A model generated the notes under the pieces. The model did no database searches. It was not told the origin of the DNA and saw only the letters and a program-made list of their open reading frames with translations. A DNA stretch of 64,000 nucleotides from Chiloscyllium plagiosum (Eukaryota), in the NCBI RefSeq assembly GCF_004010195.1, contig NC_057718.1, positions 80,905,561 through 80,969,560 of the forward strand, written 5' to 3'. Below, piece by piece: positions 25,459-38,265 of this stretch; the stretch's first letter is position 1, and every line of letters starts with the position of its first letter. The position numbers were made by a program, and so were the translations under genes.

Positions 25459-25694
25459 CATGACTTGGAGGTGCTGGTGTTGGACTGGGGTCGACAAAGG
25501 TTAAAAATCACACAACACCAGGTTATAGTCCAATAGGTATATTTGGAAGCACTAGTTTTTGGAGCACCGCTCCTTCTTCGGGTGGGTTGTGGAGAATTCT
25601 CCACAACCACCTGAAGAAGAAGCAGTGCTCCGAAAGCTACTGCTTCCAAATAAATCTATTGGACTATAACCTGGTATTATGTGATTTTTAACTT
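25459..25694 (-). mobile_element. Miniature fold-back PLE derivative of the same family as 21010-22855
   Basis: ~95-bp arms meeting at GTGGAGAATTCTCCAC; ~39-nt tail at the left; TSD TTCC(C/T)AAATCAC at 25447-25458 and 25695-25706. Confidence 0.8.
25608..25640 (+). ncRNA. Minimal hammerhead motif, slightly degenerate
   Basis: CAC-CTGAAGA-A-GAAGC(AGT)GCTCC-GAAAGCTA; one stem II mismatch. Confidence 0.5.
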
Positions 25695-26230
25695 TTCCTA
25701 AATCACTTTAGCTAACTCTATCCTGATTTCATTGTAATTCCCTTTTAGTTAAACACAGTTGTTTTTTGATTTAAGTTTCTCCCTTTTGAACAGAATATTA
25801 AATTTTATCAAGTTATGATCATGACTTCCGAGGGAATCTTTTACTCAGAGGTAATTTATTAACCCTGCCACATTGCCCGCCTCCAACCTCATAGTCCCAC
25901 AACCCCGCACCGCCCGTTTCTACCTCCTGCCCAAAATCCACAAACCTGACTGCCCCGGCCGACCCATTGTCTCCGCCTGCTCCTGCCCCACCAAACTCAT
26001 CTCCGCATACCTCGACACGATCCTGTCTTCCTTAGTCCAAGAACTCCCCACCTATGTTCGGGACACCACCCATGCCCTCCACCTCCTCCATGATTTCACT
26101 TCCCCGGTCCCCAATGCCTTATCTTCACCATGGACATCCAGTCCCTGTACACCTCCATCCCATCACAAAGGCCTCAAAGCCCTCCGCTTCTTCCTTTCCC
26201 GCCGTACCACCCAGTACCCTTCCACCGACA

Positions 26231-27337
26231 CCCTCCTTCGACTGACCGAACTGGTCCTCACCCTGAAACCCTCCTTCGACTGACCGAACTGGTCCTCACC
26301 CTGAAACCCTCCTTCGACTGACCGAACTGGTCCTCACCCTGAAACCCTCCTTCGACTGACCGAACTGGTCCTCACCCTGAAACCCTCCTTCGACTGACCG
26401 AACTGGTCCTCACCCTGAAACCCTCCTTCGACTGACCGAACTGGTCCTCACCCTGAAACCCTCCTTCGACTGACCGAACTGGTCCTCACCCTGAAACCCT
26501 CCTTCGACTGACCGAACTGGTCCTCACCCTGAAACCCTCCTTCGACTGACCGAACTGGTCCTCACCCTGAAACCCTCCTTCGACTGACCGAACTGGTCCT
26601 CACCCTGAAACCCTCCTTCGACTGACCGAACTGGTCCTCACCCTGAAACCCTCCTTCGACTGACCGAACTGGTCCTCACCCTGAAACCCTCCTTCGACTG
26701 ACCGAACTGGTCCTCACCCTGAAACCCTCCTTCGACTGACCGAACTGGTCCTCACCCTGAAACCCTCCTTCGACTGACCGAACTGGTCCTCACCCTGAAA
26801 CCCTCCTTCGACTGACCGAACTGGTCCTCACCCTGAAACCCTCCTTCGACTGACCGAACTGGTCCTCACCCTGAAACCCTCCTTCGACTGACCGAACTGG
26901 TCCTCACCCTGAAACCCTCCTTCGACTGACCGAACTGGTCCTCACCCTGAAACCCTCCTTCGACTGACCGAACTGGTCCTCACCCTGAAACCCTCCTTCG
27001 ACTGACCGAACTGGTCCTCACCCTGAAACCCTCCTTCGACTGACCGAACTGGTCCTCACCCTGAAACCCTCCTTCGACTGACCGAACTGGTCCTCACCCT
27101 GAAACCCTCCTTCGACTGACCGAACTGGTCCTCACCCTGAAACCCTCCTTCGACTGACCGAACTGGTCCTCACCCTGAAACCCTCCTTCGACTGACCGAA
27201 CTGGTCCTCACCCTGAAACCCTCCTTCGACTGACCGAACTGGTCCTCACCCTGAAACCCTCCTTCGACTGACCGAACTGGTCCTCACCCTGAAACCCTCC
27301 TTCGACTGACCGAACTGGTCCTCACCCTGAAACCCTC
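26231..27337 (+). repeat. Perfect tandem array, 29 copies of a 38-bp unit plus 5 bp
   Basis: Unit CCCTCCTTCGACTGACCGAACTGGTCCTCACCCTGAAA; (27333-26231)/38 = 29; no variant units seen. Confidence 0.97.
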
Positions 27338-27433
27338 ACCTTGACCTTTTTCCACCTATCGCATTTCCGACACCCCTCCCCCAAGTCCCTCCTCCCTACC
27401 TTTTATCTTAGCCTGCTGGACAAACTTTCCTCA

Positions 27434-27468
27434 TTCCTGAAGAAGGGCTTATGCCTGAAACGTCGATT
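27434..27468 (+). ncRNA. Minimal hammerhead motif in the PLE 3' repeat
   Basis: CTGAAGA-A-GGGC(TTAT)GCCT-GAA-ACGT-C: core boxes, 4-bp stem II with one G-U pair, palindromic ACGT, GUC cleavage triplet; stem I is weak. Confidence 0.62.
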
Positions 27469-28499
27469 CTCCTGTTCCCTGGATGCTGCCTGACCTGCTG
27501 CGCTTTTCCAGCAACACATTTTCAGCTCTGATCTCCAGCATCTGCAGACCTCACTTTCTCCTGCCCATTTCAGATCTAAAGTAACTCACTCCTTCATTGG
27601 CCGCATGACAAGTTGTTCTTGGAAATGATCCCTAATCAATTCTATGAATTCACTGCCTTAGCTCCCTTTCCAATTTGATTAACCCAATCAAAATGAAGAT
27701 TAAAGTCATTTATAATTATTGCTCAATCATTTTTACATTCTGTTGTTATCTGTTGGATTATAGCCTTTCTGACATAGTGGCTGTTTTGGGATTTGTACAT
27801 TATTCTGACCAATGTCTTCTTTCTCTTGTTGTTTTGTTCTACTTCTGCCCAAATAGAGCCCAATCTTCTGATTTTCGCTCACAACTGTGCTCATTTCATT
27901 TCCTATTAACAGTGCACCCTCCCAACCTTTTACATCCCTCCTATCTCTCTGAAAAGTCAATATCCTTGAATGTTACATTCCCAATTTTGATCTGGTTTCT
28001 GTAAGGGTTATAAGATCATTTTCATTTACCTCAATTTATGTGGTTTATGCAAATACAGAATTGAATGTGATACTATTATGTCAGTACACTCACTGGCGTT
28101 CTACATTCTTTACTGTCAAACACTTCAATGGATTTACTGGTTTCTACCATTACTAATAAGTATGTCTACTATTGCAGAAAAATGCATTGGAACCTGTGAA
28201 TAACCAACAGGTCTTTCATTATTATAATTTGTGGCGAGTTGTTAAGTGCCTTAAAAATTTGTAATGAAGAAGAAAATTTCATTATAATTGCTATTCCAAT
28301 TGAGCATTATCAAATAAAATCAGTTTATATTTAAAAGAAAATGAGATTAAAATTGTTAAGCTAGGCATTCTAAATATAGTATGATAAAAAAGTACACAAA
28401 TTATATGTTTAGTGATACTAAATTGCATAAATATATACATTCTTGTCTCTACAAAGATACATTTTTAGATTTACTGTACATGTCAGGACATGATAGAAT

Positions 28500-28812
28500 G
28501 ATCTTTTTCTCAGGCTAGGGGAGTCCAAAACTAGACGGCATACGTTTAAGGTGCGAGGGAAAAGAATTAAAAGGAACCTGAGGGGCAACTTTTTCACACA
28601 GAGGGTAGTGTGTGTATGGGATTAGCTGCCAGAAGAAGTGGCAGAGGTGGGTACAAATACAACATTTAAAAGGCACCTGAATGGGTACATAAATAGGAAG
28701 TGTTTAGAGAGATATGAGCCAAATGGGACTCGGTCAGTTTCGGATGTCTGGTCAGCCTGGATGAGTTGGACCGAAGGGTTTGTTTACCTGCTGTATAACC
28801 CTAAGACTCTAA
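28500..28812 (+). mobile_element. CR1 3' fragment
   Basis: GGGGAGTCCAAAACTAGA..FKRHLNGYINR..GGACCGAAGGG. Confidence 0.85.
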
Positions 28813-31800
28813 TTCAGAACTGTAAACACCAGGAGGTACAATGTAATATTTTTAATGCAAGTATTCTACAATTTCAATCAAACAAACTAAGTATTCATCA
28901 ATTGGCATTAATAATACACAAGTATGGCATAGGTTTTTGCAAAGAAGTTCTAATTGGAATTAAGAACTGAAAAGCACTAAGCTTCTATTCGGAATATAGG
29001 GTTGTGTTTACAATTCAGATTTTGCATTCATTAAACTATTTCAGATAAACTAAACTAGTAGTTTATCTGAAATTAAGGGCCACCTCCAGTAAGATTCCTC
29101 GGAATAAATTCAGTCCAGTGTCACACTTATTTAGGAGATCTGGGTTAAACCATTGGACTTTCCAGTGCACTTTACCTACCAAAGCCCAAGTTAAATGTCG
29201 ATGTACGGTTTTTTTGGTCCACGAAGTACTAAACTTGTTTTAAGGTTGGACTTGTCCCAAATACAAGTGCTGTCCTGGGTATGACTGCGAAAATCCCCAT
29301 CAGGCCATGTTGATGCGTTTCTGCTCGGATGATTGCTCAAACTATAACATCCCAAGCCAGCTGCTGCAATGTACAGTCAAATGACCTCGATGTTCTTATT
29401 TGGAAAAATTAACTGGTTGCCCTAAATGCAGTATTTTACATAGTAATAGAGACATATTCTGAATGCTGGTGTGACCTCATGAAATACGCATTATTAGTGT
29501 AGCAAAAATTATCTGGAGACCGAAAGAAGGTAATCATATGGTAAGTTGTTTGTTGAGGTTTACTGATTGCACATTTTAACGATAAATTATTGCAGAATTG
29601 ATGTTACTCTGTGCAAATTTTGAAGTGTGGCAATCCAATATTGTATACTTAACCTGCCTGTACTGATTAGTTGGGGTAGCAGGATTAAGTTATTCCTCAA
29701 ACTCCTGGAAATACATAAGTTCATATTTTTGTTTCTAGATATTTCAATAACTAGAGCTCATTTTTACTAAACAAGGACAATCAATCAAATCGGATTATTT
29801 ACATATATTGGAGTGGAACTGTGATTGATATGTGCAGCTCTAACACATTCATTTGGATTGGACAATGCCTTGTCCATTAACTGTAACCGTAGAAAGCAAT
29901 GGGAGGAAATAAAGATTTTATTGTAACCAGATTTAGAGAAAAGAATTGCCAATAAATATTCGTTGATTACGTCTGCAGCAACATCTATACAACTAAAAAC
30001 GATAAAGTGATTGATTTGACAATGTGTGAGTAAAGAATGTTGCAAATTGTTTTTTAAAATATGTTTTTAGTTTTATTGAGAATTCGCAACCGTAACGGTA
30101 ATGGGAAATAAACTCTCGCAAGCAATCTTTAAAATAAAAGATAATGAACGAAAGCGTGCATTTCTCTATATCAGTACATTTCAAAATTCTAAATACAATA
30201 GTTGAACCATCTCGAGCTTTAAAACACTCTCGTTTCATTCCACAAAGTTGCCGCCTCGCATAGAGAATTCTCTATAAAAGCTTGATTCGATTTTCTTTGC
30301 TCTTATTCAAAAAATTCCGTCGAAGGATTAAAGAAATTTTATTTCAACATTCAAAAAGATGTCGAATCGCAGAGATTTCACCAATTGCCTACAAAGTCCA
30401 GAGAAAAGTCAAAGTTATAATCAATTGCGTAATTGTTACAGATTTTGAGGTGGGTTGCAAAGAATGTTTGTAATTCAAAAAGTCAGTCCGATCCCACTGA
30501 TCACAGCAAATAGTTTGCTACGTTATGTAATTCAAGAACATAATTCTCCCCGTTTATTACTTTTCTGTGCGTATTTGCCAAAGAAAAGTTTGCAAAAGTG
30601 TATTTAATCATGCAGTCCTTTTAAGCAATTTGAATATTTTGCTTTACAAAGGTAAGTTGTTTATCAAAGAAAACGTGTAACCTCAACAAATTCGGCAGTA
30701 AAGTATTGTGAAATAATGATGAATAGTATACATCAATGCGTGAAGTGCAAAAATGTATCTGGATAAAGCTCGCGCTTTAGCACGGGCAGAGAATGGAGGA
30801 AGAAAAAAAATTGGCTGATATGGAATATTAATTAAATAGAAAACAAAGCTACAATTTCGATTCATCCCGATACTGTTATGATGCCTGTTTTTATCATTGA
30901 ATATTTTAGTGATCGCTTGAGAAGACAGAAACAACCTTTCCCTCAATTGCTAAATGGATAACATTCCAACGTTCTGACGCAGAAGCAAACGTACCCTTCT
31001 TTCCTCTCAACACGATGTCAACTCATTACCAAACTGCTGCTTTGCACAAGGAAATTCCAAACATCTGTCGTTAATCAATGTCGCAAATAAGAGTTGGAAT
31101 TGTAATAGTCCACGGTGTGATGACATCATTAACTTTTATTAAAACAGGGGAATTAAGTAACTGACAAATATAAATGCACAATTCAATTCAAACTGTTCAA
31201 GTGATTTTATTCCTTTGCTTCTACCAGATAGCACCAACTTTGAAAGATATACATTACTGCAAGTAAACATCAAGTTGTCAAGAGAGAACTGGTAAAACAT
31301 TTATTTATAAACTGTTCGATCATAAAGCTTTCTATCATAAATTCCTCAGATTTTGAATTGTCAAACTGGCACACTACAATGTGAAAACTTGAGCGGTCGC
31401 TGTGCAAACCATTATTTAACATTAGTACTAAAGTTTAAAATAGCATTTTAAATAAAATGTTTATCATTGGGGCACAACGTGTTTCTTTGGGGTAGGCAAC
31501 AGATTGAATTTCGCACTAACGGAGTCGTGAATTAAAATTTACCCCCTGGTAGTGGTTGAAAACATACTAATTTTCCTGTGTTGCTTCCATGGGAACAGTT
31601 TGAGTGTAGATTTTAAAGAAACAAAGCTTAACAATTCTTTCTTTACGCGGTTTATTTCCACGTGTGCAGGCATGCATTCGTTAACGCAATTCCTCCACAT
31701 TTCAACATCATCTAGGAAGACGAACCCAGAACCTACATAAGGGAGAGAGAAAAAAAATCATGAATATTTAAGTTCCCTCGCTACCTTCCACCCAAAGGAA

Positions 31801-31929
31801 TAGGTATTTAGCACCAACACAGTCCAGCTTATATGCATATGAATAAGCTAATTGCGCAGCATAAAAAAGCTAGTCGAAAGTGGAATACAAACCCACATCT
31901 CTAGGGGGTAATTCATCTGGGGTTTATCA

Positions 31930-32669
31930 AATGCTGAAGCGCCGCCGTGCTCTGCCTTACAACCCATCTCTTAAACCGTTCAGGCAACACGCATGCGCAG
32001 AATCTCGCCACTACACATCCCCCTTCTCACGCAATCACGCAACAAACCTTTATCTGCTTGGCACGCAAGCCGTGAGAGCGGCTGCGCAAAGTCCCAGCTT
32101 CCCCCACAACCTCCACCCGGAAGATGCTGCTGATGGGGATGTGCGCGAAGGTGACGGGCCTCTCATACCAACTCTCCCGCGTGCGTCTCTCTCTCTTTAT
32201 ACCCGTGCGCGTGCTATCTCCGCCGTCCGTGGGTCTCGAGCACGCAAAGGGGCGGGGAGGTTAGTTCGCTCGCGCAAGCGCGGATCACATGATAGTTGGT
32301 TTTTTTCCTCTCTGGAGGCTGTGACGGTGTCTGAGGGTTGAGAGCTCGAGCAGGATCAGGAGGGGAAAAAAAATCCACATAAGAGCCGTTAGTGTGAGAG
32401 CTGCTGCGTGTTAGTGTGGAGGGATCGCACTGCGTAGCAGAGATAAACTCTCACCACTCACATACAGGAGTTAAAAGAAAGGACCCTCCCCCGCGGGCAG
32501 CTTCCAGTAAAAGGACAAAAAAACCCTAAAAAGAGACGACACAACAAGAAAAAAAGGACAAGGTTTGGGACCGAGATAGAGAGACTCTTCGAACGCCGGA
32601 ACTTTTACAGCTTTTTCGTGTGTGCGTGTTATTGGGAGGAGGGGGGGGGGAAAGTATTTTTTTTGGAAT
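31930..32669 (+). promoter_or_regulatory. CpG-island promoter and 5' UTR of QKI
   Basis: Dense CpG; GC box GGGGCGGGG at 32249-32257; NRF1-like CGCATGCGCA at 31990-31999; directly upstream of the QKI ATG; TSS not determinable. Confidence 0.8.
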
Positions 32670-32811
32670 ATGGTAGGGGAAATGGAAAATAAGGAACGAC
32701 CAAAACCTACCCCAGACTATCTCATGCAACTGATGAACGACAAGAAGCTGATGAGTAGCCTGCCTAACTTCTGCGGCATTTTCAATCATTTGGAAAGGTT
32801 ACTGGATGAAG
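32670..32811 (+). CDS. QKI: Protein quaking (STAR family KH RNA-binding protein), coding exon 1 (QUA1 dimerisation domain)
   Basis: [47 protein letters not shown] is nearly identical to the vertebrate QKI N-terminus; 142 coding nt end at the phase-1 donor AAG|GTATGT. Confidence 0.97.
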
Positions 32812-35800
32812 GTATGTAAGGTGGCAACGTGTGTTGGAAGTGGGTGGGGAAAGAGGAGACATGCCTTCACAGAGATGCAAACACTTTAAAGGGAAAGTGG
32901 AAATCTGAATGGTACCTTTTGTGCTCCATGAATACTTGGGGGATATTTTGTGAGGTTGTTAGTTCGCTGGGAAGGGCGAGGTGGAGCAAAATATATACCC
33001 CCTACCCCAATTCCAGCCTTCTAAATAAACAGGGAAGTGGCCAAACTCGGGAAATGCATTTGGATAGAATCCATTTATTGTAAAGAATAGTCTGCTGCAG
33101 TTTGGCTACTATTAACATTTTCATGTGCCTTGAATGTTTATTTGAAAAGTGAAGTGACATTTGACTTTTTTTTCAACTGAGGAGAGAAAATCTAAATGGG
33201 ACAGTAATGAACTCGGCAAAGCACCGAGGTAAATGCTTGGTAGACTTCCAGCACAGAAACCCCTGCAGTTCGATTCATTTTGTAGCATTGAGGAACTCCA
33301 GCTATGATATGCTAAGTTTAGTATATGTACCCGCGACTAGGTGGTTCCCCTCTTTCCTGGTTTGGAGGAAATAAATGGATGTTAGTTTTGTTCTGATGTG
33401 TTTGCATGCAGTGTAGGTAATTTTAAAGTAATACGAGACGCAGTGATTTCGACAGTGATGGGTGGATACCTGTAGCCCAGGCGCGGTTTAAAAACCCGGC
33501 ATAGAGGTTACAAACATCTATGCTTGCTTGATGTTGAATGAGTGGGATGTAGTCGGGACAAAGAGAGCCCGGAGGGGAGGTGGCATAATATACCCGTGCA
33601 AGGATTGAGAAAAGTGGGTCCACAGGTTGGGCGGGGGAGATGGAAATACGTCTTGAAACTAGGGCAAATAATTTGAAGTAGGGAATAGAAGTATTTAAGA
33701 GGGTGGGCACCGATTTGAAATAGACGGCAAAGAGAGAAAAGACAGTAACTAATAGTTGACTCGGTTGCCTTGATCTCTACTTAATGGAAAATTTGTTCAG
33801 TATCGAAGTACAAGAAACTTATCGCACTTTTTTTTGCAGCTTTAGTAACTTGTCTAACTGACATCTTTAAATTTTCGACCCGGGTGTGGCGTGTGTGAAC
33901 ATGTCGGTGTTTAAATATTTCTGTTCCTATGAATGCAAAATATGAACAAATCATTTCTTGGTCCCCAGGGTGCCTATTTTTGCGAAGCTTGTCTTTGACC
34001 ATTATTCTAGTTTCATTTAGTCTTGGGTCACAAATAATGGGCGTTGCGCCAAATACGTCAAATAGAGGCAAAGAGGGAATAACAGTTAAGAACTTAACAG
34101 GAAATCGAGTGATGAGGGAAGCAGACGATTGAAGCGTCAAATTGACGTTATTTGAGGTTCAGTCAAGTATTTGTTTCACTGATTTTAGGTCGTGTTTCAT
34201 TTTTCGTTGGTAATAGTGTGTGTTTTAAAAGGAAGTTACAGTCGAAGGAATTAAACGTTTGGAAGGAGTTTTCAATAGAACAGTTCAGATTTTTGATTTG
34301 TAAGAGCTAGGCGATAAAAATGGAGAACAAAGCTTTAAAACATAAACGAGAATTGGGCTGTCATTGACTGGTCAAGTGGTTGGATCATATTTCAGACCCA
34401 TTTTGTTACAACATTATTACGAAACAGTGGCAGGTTTAACTAGAGGGGGAGGGGAGAAGAGCTATATTAGGAGGATGTGGTCCTATCGACATTTATCCAG
34501 CTACACTTGATACGCTGTACAAGTAGCATAAAACTTAAATAGCGGCAATACACAAACTCTTGAACTTTCTTTAGTAAACAGCATTTCCAGAGACCCGTAC
34601 TATCAAATTACAAAACAAGTTCCTCTGCGATATTTATTGACTAACGTTAGAAATAACACGTAATTGCTGTTATCTCTTCGTACAATCGAGCGTCAGAGCG
34701 GCGTGTGGCCCTTGTATTATGAGCACTCGCATCTTTTACACTCAAACATCCATTTGAAATCCATACACTGTTGTCTCGTACTGTAACTGTTCATGTTTCT
34801 AAATCGGTACTAGCTAACCCAGGCACTTGAGTTTGATAGTATTTCCCCTTTTCAGCAAAGGAAAGTTGTATTAAAGTCGAAACGAAATGCCTGTACAATT
34901 AAATCGTTGCTTCTGCTTTAGCCAGGCGTCGGATCACATTATTGAATCTAACGATGCTGTTAAATAAAGCTGTCAAACTTAGTAAAAGTTCCACTTTTGA
35001 GCGGTAGGGTGTGCCAGATCTTTCCTCAAGAATCAGTGAGGGTATTGTTTCCTTTTTTTGAAAAAAGAGAAACCTTAACTTCAGTAAATGCGTTCAGCCC
35101 ATGTGCCAGGCAGTTTTCCATGCTGTTCTGATCGATCTTCACATTCTAACAACTATTTGTTCCGCGTGCTGTTTGATAGTCAAATACCACTACGTCGTGG
35201 TTCTGCAGATTAATCTTAATTTCAGTAATCAAAGTATTTTGACGTATTTCAACAGTTTAAAAAAAAAGTAATTTGTTGAATTTGAGAGGCAAATATTATC
35301 AGAAAACTTACCTTGCCATCTCAGTTTTAATGTAATTTAAATGTTAAACTGAGAAAACTTGATTCAATCTTTAAAAAAAACAAAAAAAGCAATTGCTGTG
35401 CTCTTGTGCAATCATAATTTCTATTTTGTCGAACAAAAACCATCTCAACACTAACACTCGTGATTTAATAAAAGTTATATTGCTTCAATAATTCAGACAG
35501 AATTATTACTTGAATTTTTGAACCTTAACCAGATTTGCATTTTGAATGGGCAACCTACTATCTTTGTATATGTATATTTAATCAATAGCCATATGTGGTA
35601 CCTTTTTCTAAATTTAATATGTAGTCCGGAGGATGTGGTAACTACTTCTGAGTTTCTATTCCAGTAGTTACTACAGAACATTGAACTCCCAAATTTATTA
35701 AACTTTGCTGTGATAGCCATCTGTGCCTGACTGTCTAGAGGAGTTCACTTCCACATCTTCAGGAAACCACTTCTAGTGACTTGATTTAAAAACCAGCGTT

Positions 35801-38265
35801 TTTTTTGGTGATACATAATCATCTTTTGTCAGGAGGATTTGGAACATTTTTTACTGTTACTGTCATTTGTAAGGCACTCTGAGCTTTGCTATGCTGAACT
35901 TTTTTTTAAAAAGCATGCACCAACCTTGAGTAATTTTATAGTGAGTTAATAAGGGCATGTGACAGGATAATCAGCAGGAAGTGCATTTTTATCACCAGTG
36001 CAGCAAGCATTGAGAAGAGGGATTTTTGGGAGTGAGATTGTATGTTTCCTGTAATTAGGTTCCATGTCTGATTTGTATAAGGCAACGGGCTTATGATACT
36101 GAGTGGTGAAGCAATCAATAATTTGATACACTAAATCTTTCGACCCTCCTCCATCCATGTGTCTGAAGACACTCAATATTTTGTTCTATGGCTCTGTTTT
36201 AGTTTTTTTGTTTAATTATGTCATGTGAAATATTAAGATGAAGACCTACTTGTGTAAAAACTAGTTGCTATTATCTATTTTGTTTCCATAGTTTGATATT
36301 GCATTGAAAGGGAGAAGGATTATATGATTCACATGATTGTTCTGTAAAATGGTGGATTTAGATTGTAGATAAATGCTAATTTTAGCTGATCAATATGATT
36401 TATATTCCCTTACTGTTGTTCAAGCTATCAGAACCAGTAAAACTCTGCACGTATACTTGCTGAGATGAGTTCTGCTGCTGTCTGTTAAATTTAAAGTACA
36501 TTGTGCATTCAGGTGGAAGAACATTTCATTCATTTACACAAGCTTTGAAATTTTTGTACTGCATCTAGGTTGTCTTTTGCACTTTGTAAATTCAGTTTAC
36601 ATTTCACTGTGTGGTGTATTAAATCCAGAAGTTTCTTAGGTAAGATGAACCAACAAATGTTTTCCTGGCCATCATTTTTAATGTGTCTGTCACCACTTCT
36701 GTTGAGGGTCAGTTCAGAATTTTCTCGAGCAAAACTGCTTATACAATAAAACATTGATCTGATATTAGTGTACTGTATAATTTAAGTAGTATTTGTAAGA
36801 TGTGCAACTTGTAGCTTAAAATCCTGACAGTTAAAGGTATTTGCTTTGATTTTTAATTTATCTTGTAAGTGGTCAACCATAGGTTAGGAACAGATGGAGC
36901 AGTATTATTTTGACACATTTGCAATTTGATGGTTTTTATTTTTCTTTGAATGCAAAATAAATTGTAAAGAAACAGTAATTCTGTGGTGAAATATAAAGTG
37001 TGGGTGTTGGCAGAAGTGACTCTGAATTTCCAGAGTGATTTTTGCTGTCATTATGTACAAACGTGTACTCATTAATGATACACTGAAGATTCCAGCCCTA
37101 GTAGTCTGGCTCAGAGAAACTTACTGAAATGTTATTCAATCTGTTACATTCAATAACAAACTGATCCAATAATGTTAAGAGTTTGCATTTTGAACAGGTG
37201 TTATTTTTGGTTTAGGTTCTCAAGTCTTTTCAATTTTCTGGTTCAAATTACAAGGATGTTAAGGGTAACTTTTGAATATATTCAGTATTTTAAATAATAG
37301 GACTGCTTGATATTGAGCTAGTTTTGTTTTATTGCTCATAATGGAGATATGCATTGAAGCCTTTCATCTTGCATTTCACAGAGCAGAAGAACACATTGAG
37401 GACCAACAATGTTGCTGCATAATTAAAAAAGAGGCAATACTAGTCGATCTTATCAAACACGTCTCTGTTCATGGTTTACAGAAAGCAACCCAGTCCATGA
37501 TTGCAAAACTCGCAACATAATTATTAGATATGATTCTGCGATTGGACAGTCGTTGTCAAGCAATCCTAAGTGGGATATGAATTACACTAACCAATTTTAA
37601 GAATATCAATTGAGGGGGTGGGGGATGGAATTCAGAGGCTGGAATGCGGATAAGCAATTATTCCTTGGTGAATTTTGTATTGAACAGCTCGAACACAGTT
37701 CACTTGCCAAACAATGAGCATTTTCTTCCTTGTGCACTACTAATTGTTTTCTTTAAAATGTGGTGTTCTTGCATGTGAGAGCAAGATGGAAAGCTTTGAC
37801 AATATGCCTCAGTAATACTCAAGTTCTGAACTATTTCACAACTCAAATAATTTTAAGAAAGTTTGGGCCTCTTATTTTCTCAATTGATGCAGCAAGTGTC
37901 AACTGTGATCTTTAATATCAAACTGTCAGTGAAGAGTTAATGAGTGATTTATGACACGTTTTGGATGTTACAGCTAATCTAAAATTTTAAAGGGACAGTA
38001 ATTATCTAATTAGTAACTAAGCATACAGCTATATGCGATTTATACTTAATTTGGGTTTTAAGAACTCGGTAGATGGCTACTGTAGTATAATAGTTTCTTC
38101 AGAAATGAACTGTGAGCTCAATACTCGTACCCTTTTTTGTGACTGGTGAAGGACTGCTCTTTATTGTAAAAATTAGTTTATATAAGATTCTCCTGACCTC
38201 AATTCTTGAATTAGGTTCTGGGTCTGAATATATGTGCAAATACACATTTCCATGGGAGTTGCTGA

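Larger units (their letters stand above)
25879..27561 (+). mobile_element. Penelope-like retroelement fragment: RT N-terminal part, tandem array, 3' terminal repeat
   Basis: PRTARFYLLPKIHKPDCPGRPIVS..TYVRDTTHAL and MDIQSLYTSIP are PLE RT motifs; C-rich strand; possible 5-bp TSD TGCCC at 25874-25878 and 27562-27566. Confidence 0.88.
23935..28040 (-). mobile_element. Old decayed CR1-like LINE hosting two PLE insertions
   Basis: LKAGKSPGPDDLHPWILKEVA; W..SWQMEYNV; endonuclease remnants at 27570-28000. Confidence 0.75.

Noticed and set aside
26231..27337. CRISPR array (repeat length in the CRISPR range)
   Set aside because: No spacers; units are contiguous and identical, derive from RT coding sequence, sit in a vertebrate context and have no cas genes nearby.
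32289..32324. Possible 11-codon uORF
   Set aside because: The TSS is unknown, so it may lie outside the mRNA; there is no other support.
31880..32341. 153-aa ORF upstream of QKI
   Set aside because: GTG start, no recognisable domain, and expected by chance in a GC-rich, stop-poor CpG island.
32622..32669. N-terminal extension of QKI from an upstream GTG
   Set aside because: The conserved protein starts at ATG 32670; the extension runs through G and T homopolymers.
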